Shown in pieces: positions 13,735-25,549 of a stretch of DNA of 64,000 nt (its first letter is position 1; every line of letters begins with the position of its first letter). The notes under the pieces were generated by a model that saw only the letters and a list, made by a program, of their open reading frames with translations, made no database searches and was not told the DNA's origin. Source of the stretch: Camelus dromedarius (Eukaryota). The DNA lies in the NCBI RefSeq assembly GCF_036321535.1, contig NC_087437.1:31064001-31128000 (forward strand), written 5' to 3'. The position numbers and the translations under genes were made by a program.

Positions 13735-14630
13735 CTATGTTTCTCAAAGTAGGTACAAGTACCGCTGGTGGACAAGAAGATGATTTTAGTGGGTACACAG
13801 ATGGGGCATTAAATAGGTTTGATTCCCTTTGTAAAGGTGGCATATTCCTGTATCAATTTCCTTTCAATTCTTCTGATTACTTAAAAGAGAGAGAAAGAAA
13901 AAAACAACAACAAAGTCTCAGATCTGTGCTAAAATCTTTAACACCTCTCTGACATCTTCTAATCATCTCAACAAAAAAACAAAAAGATAAGACTCTAGTT
14001 CAGAGCCTTTGGACACCAACAATGTCTAGCTACAGTTTAATACTAGTCTTCATTTTTATTTATTTTTTATAGATTTCACTCTATTTTATTGCAAGTGATA
14101 AAGTTTTTCTATTTATGATGCTAGTAATATGTTTTATTACTAAATGTCTTAGTTAAGGTTGCTATGGCACATTACTATAGACTATGTGGTTTAAGCAACA
14201 AACATTTATTTTTCATGGTTCTGGAGGTAGGGAAGTCCAAAACCAGGGTGTGTGCATGGTCAGGTTCTAGAGAGAGCCCTCTTCTGTTTTACAGACAATC
14301 GTCTTTTGCTGTGTCCTCACATGGCAGAAAGAGAGCAAGCCAACTGTCTGGGCTCTTCTTACAACAGCACTAATCCCATCCACGAGGGCTCCACCCTCAT
14401 GACGTAATCACACCTCAAAGTCCTCATCTTTAAATACCGTCAGGATGGAGATTAATTTCAACACAAGATATTTTTTAGAGGGACACAAACATTCAGTGCA
14501 TAACACTAAGTAAATTGATTTAGACTAATAAAAAGTACATTAATTCCAAACAGCAAATAAATAATGGTACAGGTGGTACAAAAATATGGCAGAAATCATC
14601 AGGGGTCTGCAAACATTTGGGAAACAGTTT
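13735..14630. mobile_element. hAT-Charlie-like DNA transposon fossil, interrupted by an MLT1A LTR
   Basis: Degenerate inverted termini TGTTTCTCAAA (about 13738) and TTTGGGAAACAG (about 14616-14627). Confidence 0.5.
14145..14505 (-). mobile_element. MaLR solo LTR (MLT1A-like)
   Basis: TGT...ACA termini. Minus strand begins TGTTATGCACTGAATGTTTGTGTCCC. 5-bp TSD CTAAA (14140-14144) / CTAAG (14506-14510). Length 361 bp. Confidence 0.85.
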
Positions 14631-14918
14631 AGAATTGTCGAGTGAGTGCTTTGGAAGTGAATTGCAAAAGGAATTTCAAGGAATGATTTTATTCTAGAGG
14701 GTAGGAGGTCGGGGAAGAATTCCTGGAGGAGGTGATCTTTGAAGGAACATTTGAAGGGATTGGGGAGAAGCCACATGAAAAAAGATGTGGTAATTGGTAG
14801 GCTGGGATCAGGAAGCCTGTTGAGCTGGATGAAACTTTCATGTCCAGGAATCATGGTTGGAGAGTCACAGATGGAATCACAAGGTGGAAGGACCTTCATC
14901 TGAGGAGCCTCTTTGCAT

Positions 14919-15124
14919 TTTTTTTTAAACTTTTTATTTTGAGATAATTATGGATTCACATGCAGTTGTAAGAAACAATATAGAGAGATCCCATACACCC
15001 TTTAACCAGTTTCCCCCAATGAAGATATTTTGCATAACTACAGTTTCAGTATCTATCACAGTTAGGAAACTGACAACGATGCAAGCCACTGACCTTACTC
15101 AGATTTCACTGGTTTTACATGCTT

Positions 15125-15162
<38 letters not shown>

Positions 15163-16425
15163 ACTTAGTTCTACGTAGTTTTAGCATATCTGTAAATTGG
15201 TGTGACCACCACCATAGTGAAGACATAACACTTCAAGCACAGGAATCCCTCGTCTACCCTTTTTATAGCCAGAGGCACCTCCTTCCCTTTCCTCTTCCCT
15301 GGCAACCACTAACTGGCCACCCATGTCTCTAATCCTGTCCAATCAAAAATGTGATATAATTGGAATCATTCAGTTATGTACCCTTTGACTTTGGCTTTTT
15401 TCATTCAGCATCATTCCACTTAGATTTATCCACATTGTTGTTTGTATCAGTTGTTCATTCCTTTCTATTCCTGAGTAGCATTCATAGCATGGATATACCA
15501 CGGTTTACCATTCACCCACTGCAGAAAGTTTGGGGATATTATGAATAAAACTACTGTGAACCTTTGTGTACAGGTTTTTGTGCGAACATAGATTTCATTT
15601 CTCTGGGATAAATACCCAAGAGTAAATTGCTGTGTCATAGGGTAAGTTTGATGTGTTTAGTTTTATAAGAAACTGCCATACTCTTTTCAAAGTGGTGGCA
15701 CCATTTTATATTCCTAGCAGCAATTTAAGAGTGATCCAATTTCTCTGAATCCCTGCCAGCATTTAGTGTTATTACCACTTTGATTTTAGCTATTCTGGTA
15801 GGTGTGTAGTGACAGCTCATTGTGGATTTGGTTTGCATTTTCCCTGATGGCTGATGATTAAACACCTTTTCATGTGCTTATTTGTTGTTCCTCTTCATGA
15901 AAAGTCTTTCATATCTTCTTTCCATTTGCTCATTGGACAGTTTATGCTTTTATTGGTGAGTTTTGAGTTTGAGTTTTTAAATATGTTCTGGATGTAAGTT
16001 CTTTGTCAGATATGTGATGTGAAAGACCGATTTCTCTCAATCTGTAATTTGTTTTTTTTCATTTGCTTTACAGGGTCTTTCATAGAGCAGGAGTTCTGAA
16101 TGTTGATGAGATTCAACTTACACATTTTTCCTTTTATGGATTATGTTTTTGGCATTAAGTCTAAGAATTCTTCTCTTAGCCCTAGGTCCTGAAAGTTCTC
16201 TCCTAAGTTTTTACTTGGAAGTTTTATAGTTTTGCATTTTACATTTAAGTCTGTGATCCGATCTGAGTTAACAATATGAGGTTTATGTCAGGGGTTCATT
16301 TGCTGAGTTACTTTGTTTCTGCTCATACATGCCCAGTTGCTCCAGCACTGTTGATGGAAAAGCCAGTCCTGTTGAACTGCTCTTGCATCCTTGTCAAAAA
16401 TCAGCTGGGCGTGTTTGTGTGGGTC
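14919..16425 (-). mobile_element. Ancient LINE-1 (L1MB/L1MC-like) 3' UTR and ORF2 end
   Basis: Starts with T-tract + ACTTTTTATTTTGAGATAATTATGGATTCACATGCAGTTGTAAGAAA, then degenerate antisense ORF2 motifs. Confidence 0.85.
15127..15159. repeat. (GT)16 microsatellite
   Basis: Perfect dinucleotide array. Confidence 0.95.
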
Positions 16426-16699
16426 CTTTGCTTTTTACAGCCATCTTATTGATAGTTCCTACGATTTGACTACAGCATCTGAAAAAGAAAAAGGTTGGCC
16501 TTCCACCCAAATGAACCATGTCACTAATATAATACATTATTTGATTATGAAATATTCGATGATTTGGAGAGGTCTCATTACACACTTATGAATCATCCCT
16601 AAGGCCTTATGGTCCTTATGAGAACAGAACATTTGGCCCATAGCCCACCAAAATATTTCCTTTTACCTAAATAGAAAGACATGGGGAAGGGTGCACATA

Positions 16700-17012
16700 T
16701 TTTTTTTCCCCCAGGGCCAATACGAGGTTGCTTAAGTTCAACTTTGCAAACTTTATAGGGAAAAGAAATATGATTGGCCTTTGTCAGGCTTCTTTCTGCA
16801 CAAGCTTCGGCAGGGACTTGTAACCAGCAGTTCTGCCAGGAACTCACAAGCTTCCTTGCATACAAAAGCAATAAAGGACATCTAAGGAAAACAAGCTGAT
16901 CCTTCTTAGGGACATACCAAAGCCAGATAACCCAAGATAATCAGAGCAAGATACAGCCAGTCTCAGAGCTAAGTACTGTGAAATTCGCTCGGCTTCCTTG
17001 GGTTTTTGAAGC
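16700..17012 (+). promoter_or_regulatory. KCNAB1: Probable proximal promoter / 5' UTR of the Kv-beta1.2 transcript
   Basis: Non-repetitive sequence directly upstream of the ATG. CCAAT at 16717-16721, inverted CCAAT (ATTGG) at 16773-16777, tandem AGATAA at 16925-16930 and 16935-16940. The TSS cannot be placed from sequence alone. Confidence 0.4.
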
Positions 17013-17254
17013 ATGCATCTGTATAAACCTGCCTGTGCAGACATCCCCAGCCCCAAGCTGGGTCTGCCCAAATCCAGTGAATCGGCTCTGAAATGTAGAC
17101 GGCACCTAGCTGTAACCAAGCCTCCTCCTCAGACAGCCTGCTGGCCTGTTAGGCCCAGTGGAGCTACGGAACGGAAATATCTGGAGAAGTTTTTACATGT
17201 CCATGGAATTTCGTTGCAGGAAACCACCAGGGCAGAGACGGGCATGGCTTACAG
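17013..17254 (+). CDS. KCNAB1: First coding exon of voltage-gated K+ channel beta-1 subunit, Kv-beta1.2 isoform (N-terminal inactivation domain; 80 codons + 2 nt, phase-2 donor)
   Basis: Translation MHLYKPACADIPSPKLGLPKSSESALKCRRHLAVTKPPPQTACWPVRPSGATERKYLEKFLHVHGISLQETTRAETGMAYR matches the remembered Kv-beta1.2 N-terminus. The ATG has A at -3. Similarity ends exactly at TAC AG|GTACTT (GT at 17255-17256), where the common core (R-NLGKSGLRVS) would be spliced on. Confidence 0.95.
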
Positions 17255-20200
17255 GTACTTGCTGGTTGTAATGGCATCCAACCAGGGCACTGTGCTGTAG
17301 TCAAAGATGGTTGTTATTAAAGAAAGAGGGTTTGGAAGAGCAAAACAAACACTGCAGAGAAACGGGAAAAGAAAAATGAGTGCCGTGAGCCCTCTTCTTG
17401 GGCTCCCTTCTTTTTCCAAGCTTTAAATTGTCTACTTTCTCTTTGCTTCAAAGATTACATGGTGCTAGACAAGTTCACCTGTGGAAGTTCCTAACCGGGT
17501 GCCAGTAGAAATGTCTTTGGCTTGATACTTAAGCAAAAGTATTTAGCAGGTCATGATGAAGAATGGGGGCTCTATTCTTCGTAAGGGAATTTATAAATTA
17601 AGAATAGAATTTTTTTTAATGCTGCCTGGGCTTCAAGGCTGTTATTTTCTTTTCAGCCTGAATCATGCGGTCGTGCTAATAGCTAATAAAAGAGTTCCTG
17701 AAACTGAGCAAGTTCTTCTTAAAATGACAGCACTTTTTATCAGTGTAGCCCAAGATAAATTACTGGTTGTTCTCTAACCTTCCAACACCATCATTTATTC
17801 TGTAAAAGATTAACGAAAAGGAGAAACTTTTTCCTGGTATGGGGTTGGAGGTATAATCTTTTAAAATTGCTCTGAGATGAGAAGTATCACTCTTTTTCAG
17901 AGCAGGTATTGTTCAAACCTCTGTGTGTCTGTGCTTAGCCAGATCACCCAGCAGCGCCTGCACAAATACTTCCTTGACAAATGCCTGAAGTTTTAAGCAT
18001 CCAGGAGGCTGAGCAAAAGCCATTCAGAAGGACAAGGATGCTGAAAACTGAAAACAGAGCGAACAAAACAAACCCCAAACTGAAAAACAGGAAACCTTAA
18101 CATTTATAAAGAGCTGTCTTAGCTCACGTCAGAATGTCTGGTTCACAGAATAAGATTGTTTTGGTGTGGACAAGATGTCCCTAAATGATTTTATTTTTCC
18201 ATAATCTAAAGGTCTATTTTAATGTAATAGCTACTGCTCTAGTTATCAGCCAATTTGATTAATAAAGCAATTTTCAATGAGATGGCTCCTCTCTGGAGAG
18301 CAAAGTATCTCACACAGATTCTTTATGCAATAAAGGGCTCGTGTGGGAGAGGAAGGACCTCTTCTAGGTTTGCAGGGTGTATAAACATAGGACAGCCCAC
18401 TCCATCATGCTTTAGAAGTGGAGCCTAGGAAGCATCCAGCAGCCTTTCCAAGAGAGCCCCTGGCCCCACACACTGGGATGGAGCAGGAGATGCCGTCATT
18501 CCTCACCCATCTTTCCTGCTCTGTCCTCGCTAGAGCGAGCTGCCGCCTCTCTGCCTCTCCAAGTTCTCTCCCTCTCTTCTCCATGCTTTCCTTGACCCTC
18601 AGTGGTGACAGTGGTTGGAATATAGGTCAGGTGAGGATGGACTGTTTCGTTTTTTACCGTATGATCTGCCTTTGTATCTTTGTCCCACGATGGTTGGTCT
18701 CACTGTGAACTCTTTATAAAACTTCAGAGGGCATGCCTCTTTCAAAGCCCTGGTTTAAATACCAATTACATATTTTGTGATGTGTGCCAATGATGAGACA
18801 AAATATGTTCTAGGACAATGTTTTCTAAGTGGTTATGATGGTTATGAAGCAAAGGAATACTTTCTTGAAACAGAGAAGAGCAGAGGTGTCCTAACTGAAG
18901 TTGGGGGCTTGGCGTCCACCTGCCTGAGGGGAGCAGCCATCCCAGCTTGGTTCCCCAGGCCCCCTGCAGAGCCCATCCACTGCACGGTCTTAGAGCACAG
19001 TTCAGAGGTGACTCTTCAAGACGCCCTGGAGAGCAAGGCTGGCAGGTCCTGCTCACAGAGACAGGCTCTTTGGCAACTGCACGTGCCATTCGGTCATACT
19101 AGTAAGAAATGGGGCTTCAGAGACCACTGTTCCCAGATCAGAATATGAGGAGAGAAAAGTACAGTTAAATAGATAATTGGCCCCAGAAAAGAGCCTAGGC
19201 TTTGAGTTACGGTGAGCTTGCCATGTTTTGCCCCCTCTTCCCAATACGTATGTCCGTTACCCCTCTGCCCAGCCTGAAGCACACCTCCTTCCTCTGAATG
19301 TCCGTAGTGCTTTATTCTCTTTTCAAGACACTTACTAATTATCCTTATTTAAAATATCCTCCTTTAGCATTAGGGAGGGATTTTTAGGGAAGAGAATCCA
19401 GGTTCTCTCGGTTCCTCCCCAGCCCGGCTTCTGACCTTGACTTCTTGTAAACTCAGCTGGGGTTAGGTGAGAAGGAGACGTCTGTGTTCTTTTTATCTTG
19501 ATTTCCACCTCTCCACAGAGACCATGGCTATGTCAGAAGATCTCGTTCAACCTGTCTTTTCCATTTCCTTCTTTCTGAAGGGTATGATTTCATAAGTAGT
19601 GGAAAGAGATGGGCTTTGCTGTTAATCAGACCAGAGTTCAAATCCCAGCCCTTCTAGTTTACAAACCGTGTGACACGGGGCCAACTGCGACATGTAAGTG
19701 CCTAACGAACAGTAGGTGCTCACTAAGGTGAGCTTATTCTGTGTCTTCCTGCTTATTCTGGAGAGCCTTGGCAATCATCCTGGGGGCAGGGGATGAAAGT
19801 CTATAGCTGAGACCTACAAACAGATAAGAGTATTCTCAGAAAGAAAAGAAAGAATTAAAAATCTGCAGTAACTCACAATCTGTGCAGGTTTCCATGCTGA
19901 GCTTAGAATTCTGAGAGGTCTGGAAGAGCCGGGTAAGCTGTTTTCTCTTCCTAATTTGGTCAGATGCCATTGCAGCCTTCAGCCCAATACCAGCTGCTTG
20001 GGTCCCTCGATCATCTGTGAGAGAGCATTATGTTGTGTTTCCATGGAGACTTGGTTATATTTCTAACTAAGGGTGACCAGGGGAGGAAAAAAAATCAGTA
20101 AATATGCAAACACGTGTATCAACCAAAAAGAAACCAGAGGAAATTGTTTGAATGTGGTGTAAAAAGTGCCAAGTCGCTGTGTCGATCCTTCTGTTGGCTT

Positions 20201-20505
20201 AGAATTTTCAGCAAAAATAGAAGTTTTTTGTGAATTCATTTTATTAGTGTCTATAAAATAGTCACCCAAGAGGGTCCTTCAGTCATTTCTAAGAGGCTAT
20301 CTCTGTTACAAAGCACTGAACTCTGAGCCGGACAGTGAACCTGAGCTTGGGTCAAGATAAAACTATACTGTGAAGTAGTTTTGTGGATAGAGCACAAAAT
20401 ATCTAGATTGAGTAAAGATGCAGTAAACACCCAGCTTTGAAGCAGTTTTGTAATTCTCACACAAGCCAGGAGGAACTCAAACGGATGTAAAATGAAGGTC
20501 TAATC

Positions 20506-20839
20506 CAGGGGACAGCAAATGTTTCCTGTAAAAGGCCAGGTATTAAGTATTTTAAGCTCCTGGACCACATCTGCCTTTGTCCGACCCACGGAAGCCTGCC
20601 CTTGTAGGTGCAAGTAGCCGTGAACAGTAAGCAAAGGAGCGGGTGTGGCCATGTTCCAGTTACACTTTATTTACGGATGCTGAAATTTGAGTTTCATATA
20701 ATTTTCTCAACCCACAAATCCACCTTTTTTTTTCTCTCCCAAACCATTAAAACATATATAAGACAATCTTATCTTGTGAACCATACAAAAACAAGTGGCA
20801 GGCCAGATTTGGCCAGCAGGCATAGTTTGCTGACCCCTG
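20506..20839. mobile_element. MER58B-like hAT-Charlie MITE
   Basis: TIRs CAGGGGACAGCAAA / TTTGCTGACCCCTG. 8-bp TSD GTCTAATC / GTCTAGAA. Length 334 bp. Confidence 0.85.
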
Positions 20840-21779
20840 GTCTAGAAAACAAAATTTTCACTTGTATGGGTTATTTATTTCTTTGTGTTTATTTTTAAAC
20901 CTCCTTGTTTCCAGAGGTATTTAAGGTACCTAACTGCATATCATTCAGAAAGATACAAATAAATTAAAAAGAAGAAAAGATGAGGCCAAGAAGGGTTAGG
21001 AGCAGGAAGGGAAGGCAGCCTGGGGTAAGCGAGCATGGCACGGGGGAGCCGTGCACTGGGGCTTGGATTTGGCTCCGCGCTTCCCCGCTGCACCAGAGCT
21101 CTTCACAGCAGTCCCGGGGTCCTTGAGGTGGGCATGAGCTGGCTGCTCAATGGTAGAACACTTCTTTCTGATCTGGAGATCACAGAGAAAGCTCTCGTGG
21201 TCCTTCTTTGTGTCATGAATAACGTCCTCAGAAATATCCTTGTAGTAAGCACAGCAGTGAGATTGCTAGGGCTCTTTCTCATTAATATTAACAAGGGCAT
21301 CATATCAAATAACAATTCAGCAAAAGCAAGTGGCTGTAGTAGAAGTGACATTGGTTTAATAGAAACTGCATTGATTAGTTTGAAATTATTTACAATTAAA
21401 ACATTCTCCAATAATGACACAGATTCTGCTACTTTATAATGACAGGGCTTGTCCAGGGCAATGGAATAAAACAGTTATTTCCCAAATTTAAAAAAAAATT
21501 ATGCTATTTGCCAAACAAAGATAAATTTTCTAACAACCACGATCTGAAGGTGGGAGAGGGCAAATAAGAAAAGGGAGGGGGAAGTTTTGGAATTAATGAT
21601 GTGGGAAGACCTCCGAGATAAGCTGCTCCAATTCCTGCTTTACAGCTGAAAAAAATCAAGGCTTAGAGATACTGGGTGACCAGCCTGAAGCTGCTTGTCT
21701 AGCCAGCAACAAACCGGGGGCTAGAACCCTTGTCCTTTGGGTCCCAGTGCTTTCTCTACCCAATCAGCATTTTTCCCAG

Positions 21780-21915
21780 CCTTCCCACCCCATCCCACCC
21801 CATGCCAACACATCTGTACAGACAACCCCCACACAACACACACGCACCCCACACATACCACGCACATACCTCATACCCCCCCCCCCATACATACCACGCA
21901 CATCACACACCCCAT
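21780..21915. repeat. C/A-rich low-complexity tract (CACA/CATACCACGCACA units, C10 run)
   Basis: Directly visible; CATACCACGCACA occurs twice. Confidence 0.8.
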
Positions 21916-24900
21916 GCACTGCCTCCTGGGGGTGCTGTGGCCCAGTCACACTCACCAGCCTGCTCTAGTCCCCTCTCCCAGGCACTGCTCTTCCTGCTCT
22001 GCAATCTGCTTCAGTCCTACTTCTTGGCACACTGACCTTCCATCCCTGTCTTGAAGCACTGAGTCTCACTCATTACTTTGTCCATGTAGAACATTCTTAC
22101 ATGTCTCTGTTGCTGAAGCAAATCCAACCCACAGGCTCTCCATTATCACTCACAGCATGACCTGTCTTTGTCCCATATAGTTTGGGTTGTTTGTGTGTGT
22201 GTGTGTGTATGTGTATCTTACTTTCAAAAGTATGCTGTTGTCACTTCGAGGAGAACAACTAGAGCTTATACTGTTTTGTGGTCCCCCCATGCTCTGCACT
22301 TGGTGTGTATTGCTTCTTTGGGAAAATTTTCAGAAGTTGTGGAACAGAAAGACCCCAGAGACAAGCAGGAACACCCCCTTCCCCTACAAATAGTGCTCTA
22401 GCCCCATATTTTCTCCTGCATCTTAGATACAGTGTGTTACTTAACCTTGCTGAGTCTCAGTTTCCTCATCTGTAAAATGGGCTTAGTTCAACTTACCTCA
22501 CGACAGTGTTGTGAGAATTAAATGAAGTGCTTAGCCTACTGCCTGCCAGATTGGGAGCCTAACAAACCAAGTTTGTTTGCTTCACCTCCTTCTTAATCAA
22601 TCCTAGGAATCCATCATTTAGGCATCTTTCAGAGGTTGCAAGAAAAAGCGTGCGGTGATGTAGCTAAAAAAGAGAGAGAGGCAGAAAATAAACACCTATA
22701 GATTGAATCTTGCATAGTTCTGAGCATATCACACTCCTTTTCTCACTTGCTTATATACATTTTTTGCTTCTCCTATCAGAATATATCCTTAGAATCTATT
22801 GAGAAATCATTTTTTTCCTTTTCACTTCACACATGGCCTCCTACTTAATCAAAATGGCCTCATGAAGCATTGGAATAAACTATTCTCCAAATGGTGTAAT
22901 ATAAAGATAAAAATCATCTTTTATCAATCTGTGTATTTCCAGTGCCTAGCATTGTGTCTACAATAGAAATATTTGAGTTGGAGAGAAATTAAAAGGACTA
23001 AAACTCCCACTGGTACCTTCCATACCCTCCCATCTGCTGGCCATAGAGCCTGGGAATTCCTTCAGCTGGAGGCATCAGTTCTCCTGCTAAAATGGGACTG
23101 GGTAAGCTAAGCCAAAAGGCAGCAGACCAAGAAGGGAACAGGGCATTGGCCAGCCCTGACCTGAAAACAGGAGACAGGAAGGGAAGATTCTAGACTCGAT
23201 CAAGGGGAAAGCTTGGGTGTCCAGGCACCACACAGCGCTGCTGGGCTGTGCAGGGTCAGGGAGGGGGGCCTGAAGAAGAGGGCGGGAAAGCTAGACAGAA
23301 ACCCTCCTCACCTACCAGCTTGTCACAAAGACATTTGAAAACATTCATTAACTGATAGTTTTCATCGATCTCTAAATGCAGATTCTAAAGATTCTAGTTT
23401 TCACTCTGAAAAATCTTTCCCTGGGTCCTATGATCGTGAGAATGTGGTGTCCTGGCTGGAGGATTTGAAGACCAGCTTCTCCCCGCACCACCCCTTTCTC
23501 TGATCCTCTGATTCCTTATCTATAAAAGGAAAATACCCGTAAGCTCCTCCTCACAGGATAATACTTCTCATGTAAAGGGGCACAGAGTGGGCCCTGAGGA
23601 AAGACTACCCCCCTTGCCTTTTCTGCTGTTCATAATGTCCACGTCACAGCGTGGAAGTTGACAGTTATTTTTGTTCCTAAACTGAACTCACCATCTTCCT
23701 CCCAGGCTCCGCCAGCCCCCTTTCACCACGTACTCCCCGACCTACTTTCTTCATGGAACGCTTGGCACACTCAGATCTGCTTGAAAAGTAGCTATGGCCA
23801 TGACCGTGAAAATCAAAAGCCTAGGAAGAAATGCTACCTGTGCAGGGGGTTGTATTTTCCACATTTTAAAAAAAAAAAAAAAGCCTACCTGATTTATTTT
23901 AGACTGGCCTCATTTTGGTCGGTCGCGGGTCCTGTGCTAATTTGCTGAGTCCTCTGGCTGTGGCTCTCCGGGCATCAGCATTTCTGGAGGAACGTTGCCC
24001 ACGAGGAGATGGTCCAGGCTCAGAGTCTGTGTGATTACTTGAAACCTGAATAGGCTGCTGGGGAAGGGCCTGGAAGGCTTAGTGAAAGGGGCTTATTCAG
24101 AATAGGGCAGAGTGTTTATTTCTTATTAAATGGAACAGAAGTTCTAAAACAAGTGTGTTTTAGAAGTGTCGGTTTAGATACAAAATGCTTTAAAATTTAA
24201 GCAAGAGTGAGAGATGAGTACCCCTTGGATTTGAAATACTATTTTCATTTTGTCTTGAAATTTCCACTTGTGGTTTTCTAGAGGGAAAGTTGCTTTATTT
24301 TATTTGAACACTTTCTTCAAACATAATGAAAACATTGGAAATTCAGGGTTCGCAAACACTGAGTTATATGAACCCGCCTTTTCTCATATAGAATTGTTGA
24401 CAGCTGTTTCATATAAAAGAAAATAAGCATTTTGAGACATGGTTTTTCTGACTAAGGAACAACTATAGATCGAATGTGTTTTTACTCAAGGAAAAAACCC
24501 CAAAACAAAAAACAAACAAAAAAAACCCCCACACCCCTTCCAAAATTTCTCTGCAGTGCCTGTGAGTACCACTAGGATGCGCTATTCCATAAAGAAAATG
24601 AAGCACTTCATTCAGCTCCCTGAACCACAGAAAGCAGAAATCTTTAAACTTTATCCAGACCATCTTAGACCAGAGCTTAAGTTTGAATCTGTATATTTCC
24701 CCTGATCGTGAACAATAAGAAGCATCTCTTTTGGTGCAACAATGGGAAATTTTTTATAGTGAGGAAAAATAAGAAGTCATATATGGCCAGCATACTCTTG
24801 GGATTCTGAGAAGCCCTGATCCTCTAACAGTTAGATATTTGATGGAGCAAATTTTCTATGTCTGGGAGTTTCCAAGAACAAGGAATTTTGAATCACACCA

Positions 24901-25549
24901 CAGGCCTCTGCAGTTGGCTGGTGGAGAAAAGCAAGGCAGACATGTGACCCCCTTGGCCTTCCTTCAAAGAGTGTTCTGTTGATAGCTTTTGCCCCATCTC
25001 AGGCACAGGTACCTTGCTGTACAGTTAAGATGAAGCAGTTGTAGTGAATCTGGAAGGAGTGTGTTGTCAGAATTGTCTGGCTGGCTCAGAACCCATGGAA
25101 GTTCTTAGCCCCATGACCCTGCAGGTCTGGCTCAGCAGCAAATCAGGAGGTTACTGAATGATGGTGCACTTCCTCCTCTGTACCCAGGTCTCGTTTTCAC
25201 TTATCATGGGACACCTCGCCATGCCTTTAGCACTTCAGCCTCTCATCCAGTGATTCCTTCGCTGGCCCTTAGCTAGTTACCCACTGATGCTCCCTCAGAT
25301 TACAGTTACACATTTTGTGATGTGTGCCAATGTTTAGATGGAGATAAATTCTAGGACAGTGTATTTCAAACAATTATGATGCAGAAGAACACTCCAAACA
25401 GGTGAAAGCAAAGCTATCCCAATTGAAGATGGGGTCCTGGTGTATCTGTAAAGCATGTCATATACAAAGAAACAGACCTCTACTGGTGGAAGTTCAGGTA
25501 GCAGAGGAGCTATTTTTAGACAGCCTATCTAGTCTTAAAATCATAGTAT

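Noticed and set aside
17255..17300. C-terminal 14 residues of the 95-aa ORF as part of KCNAB1
   Set aside because: Similarity to Kv-beta1.2 stops at the GT donor; this is intronic read-through.
21035..21439. Overlapping 134-aa and 105-aa ORFs on opposite strands
   Set aside because: No recognisable protein similarity; treated as non-coding.
21730..22054. His/Pro/Thr-rich ORFs
   Set aside because: Artefacts of the C/A-rich low-complexity tract.
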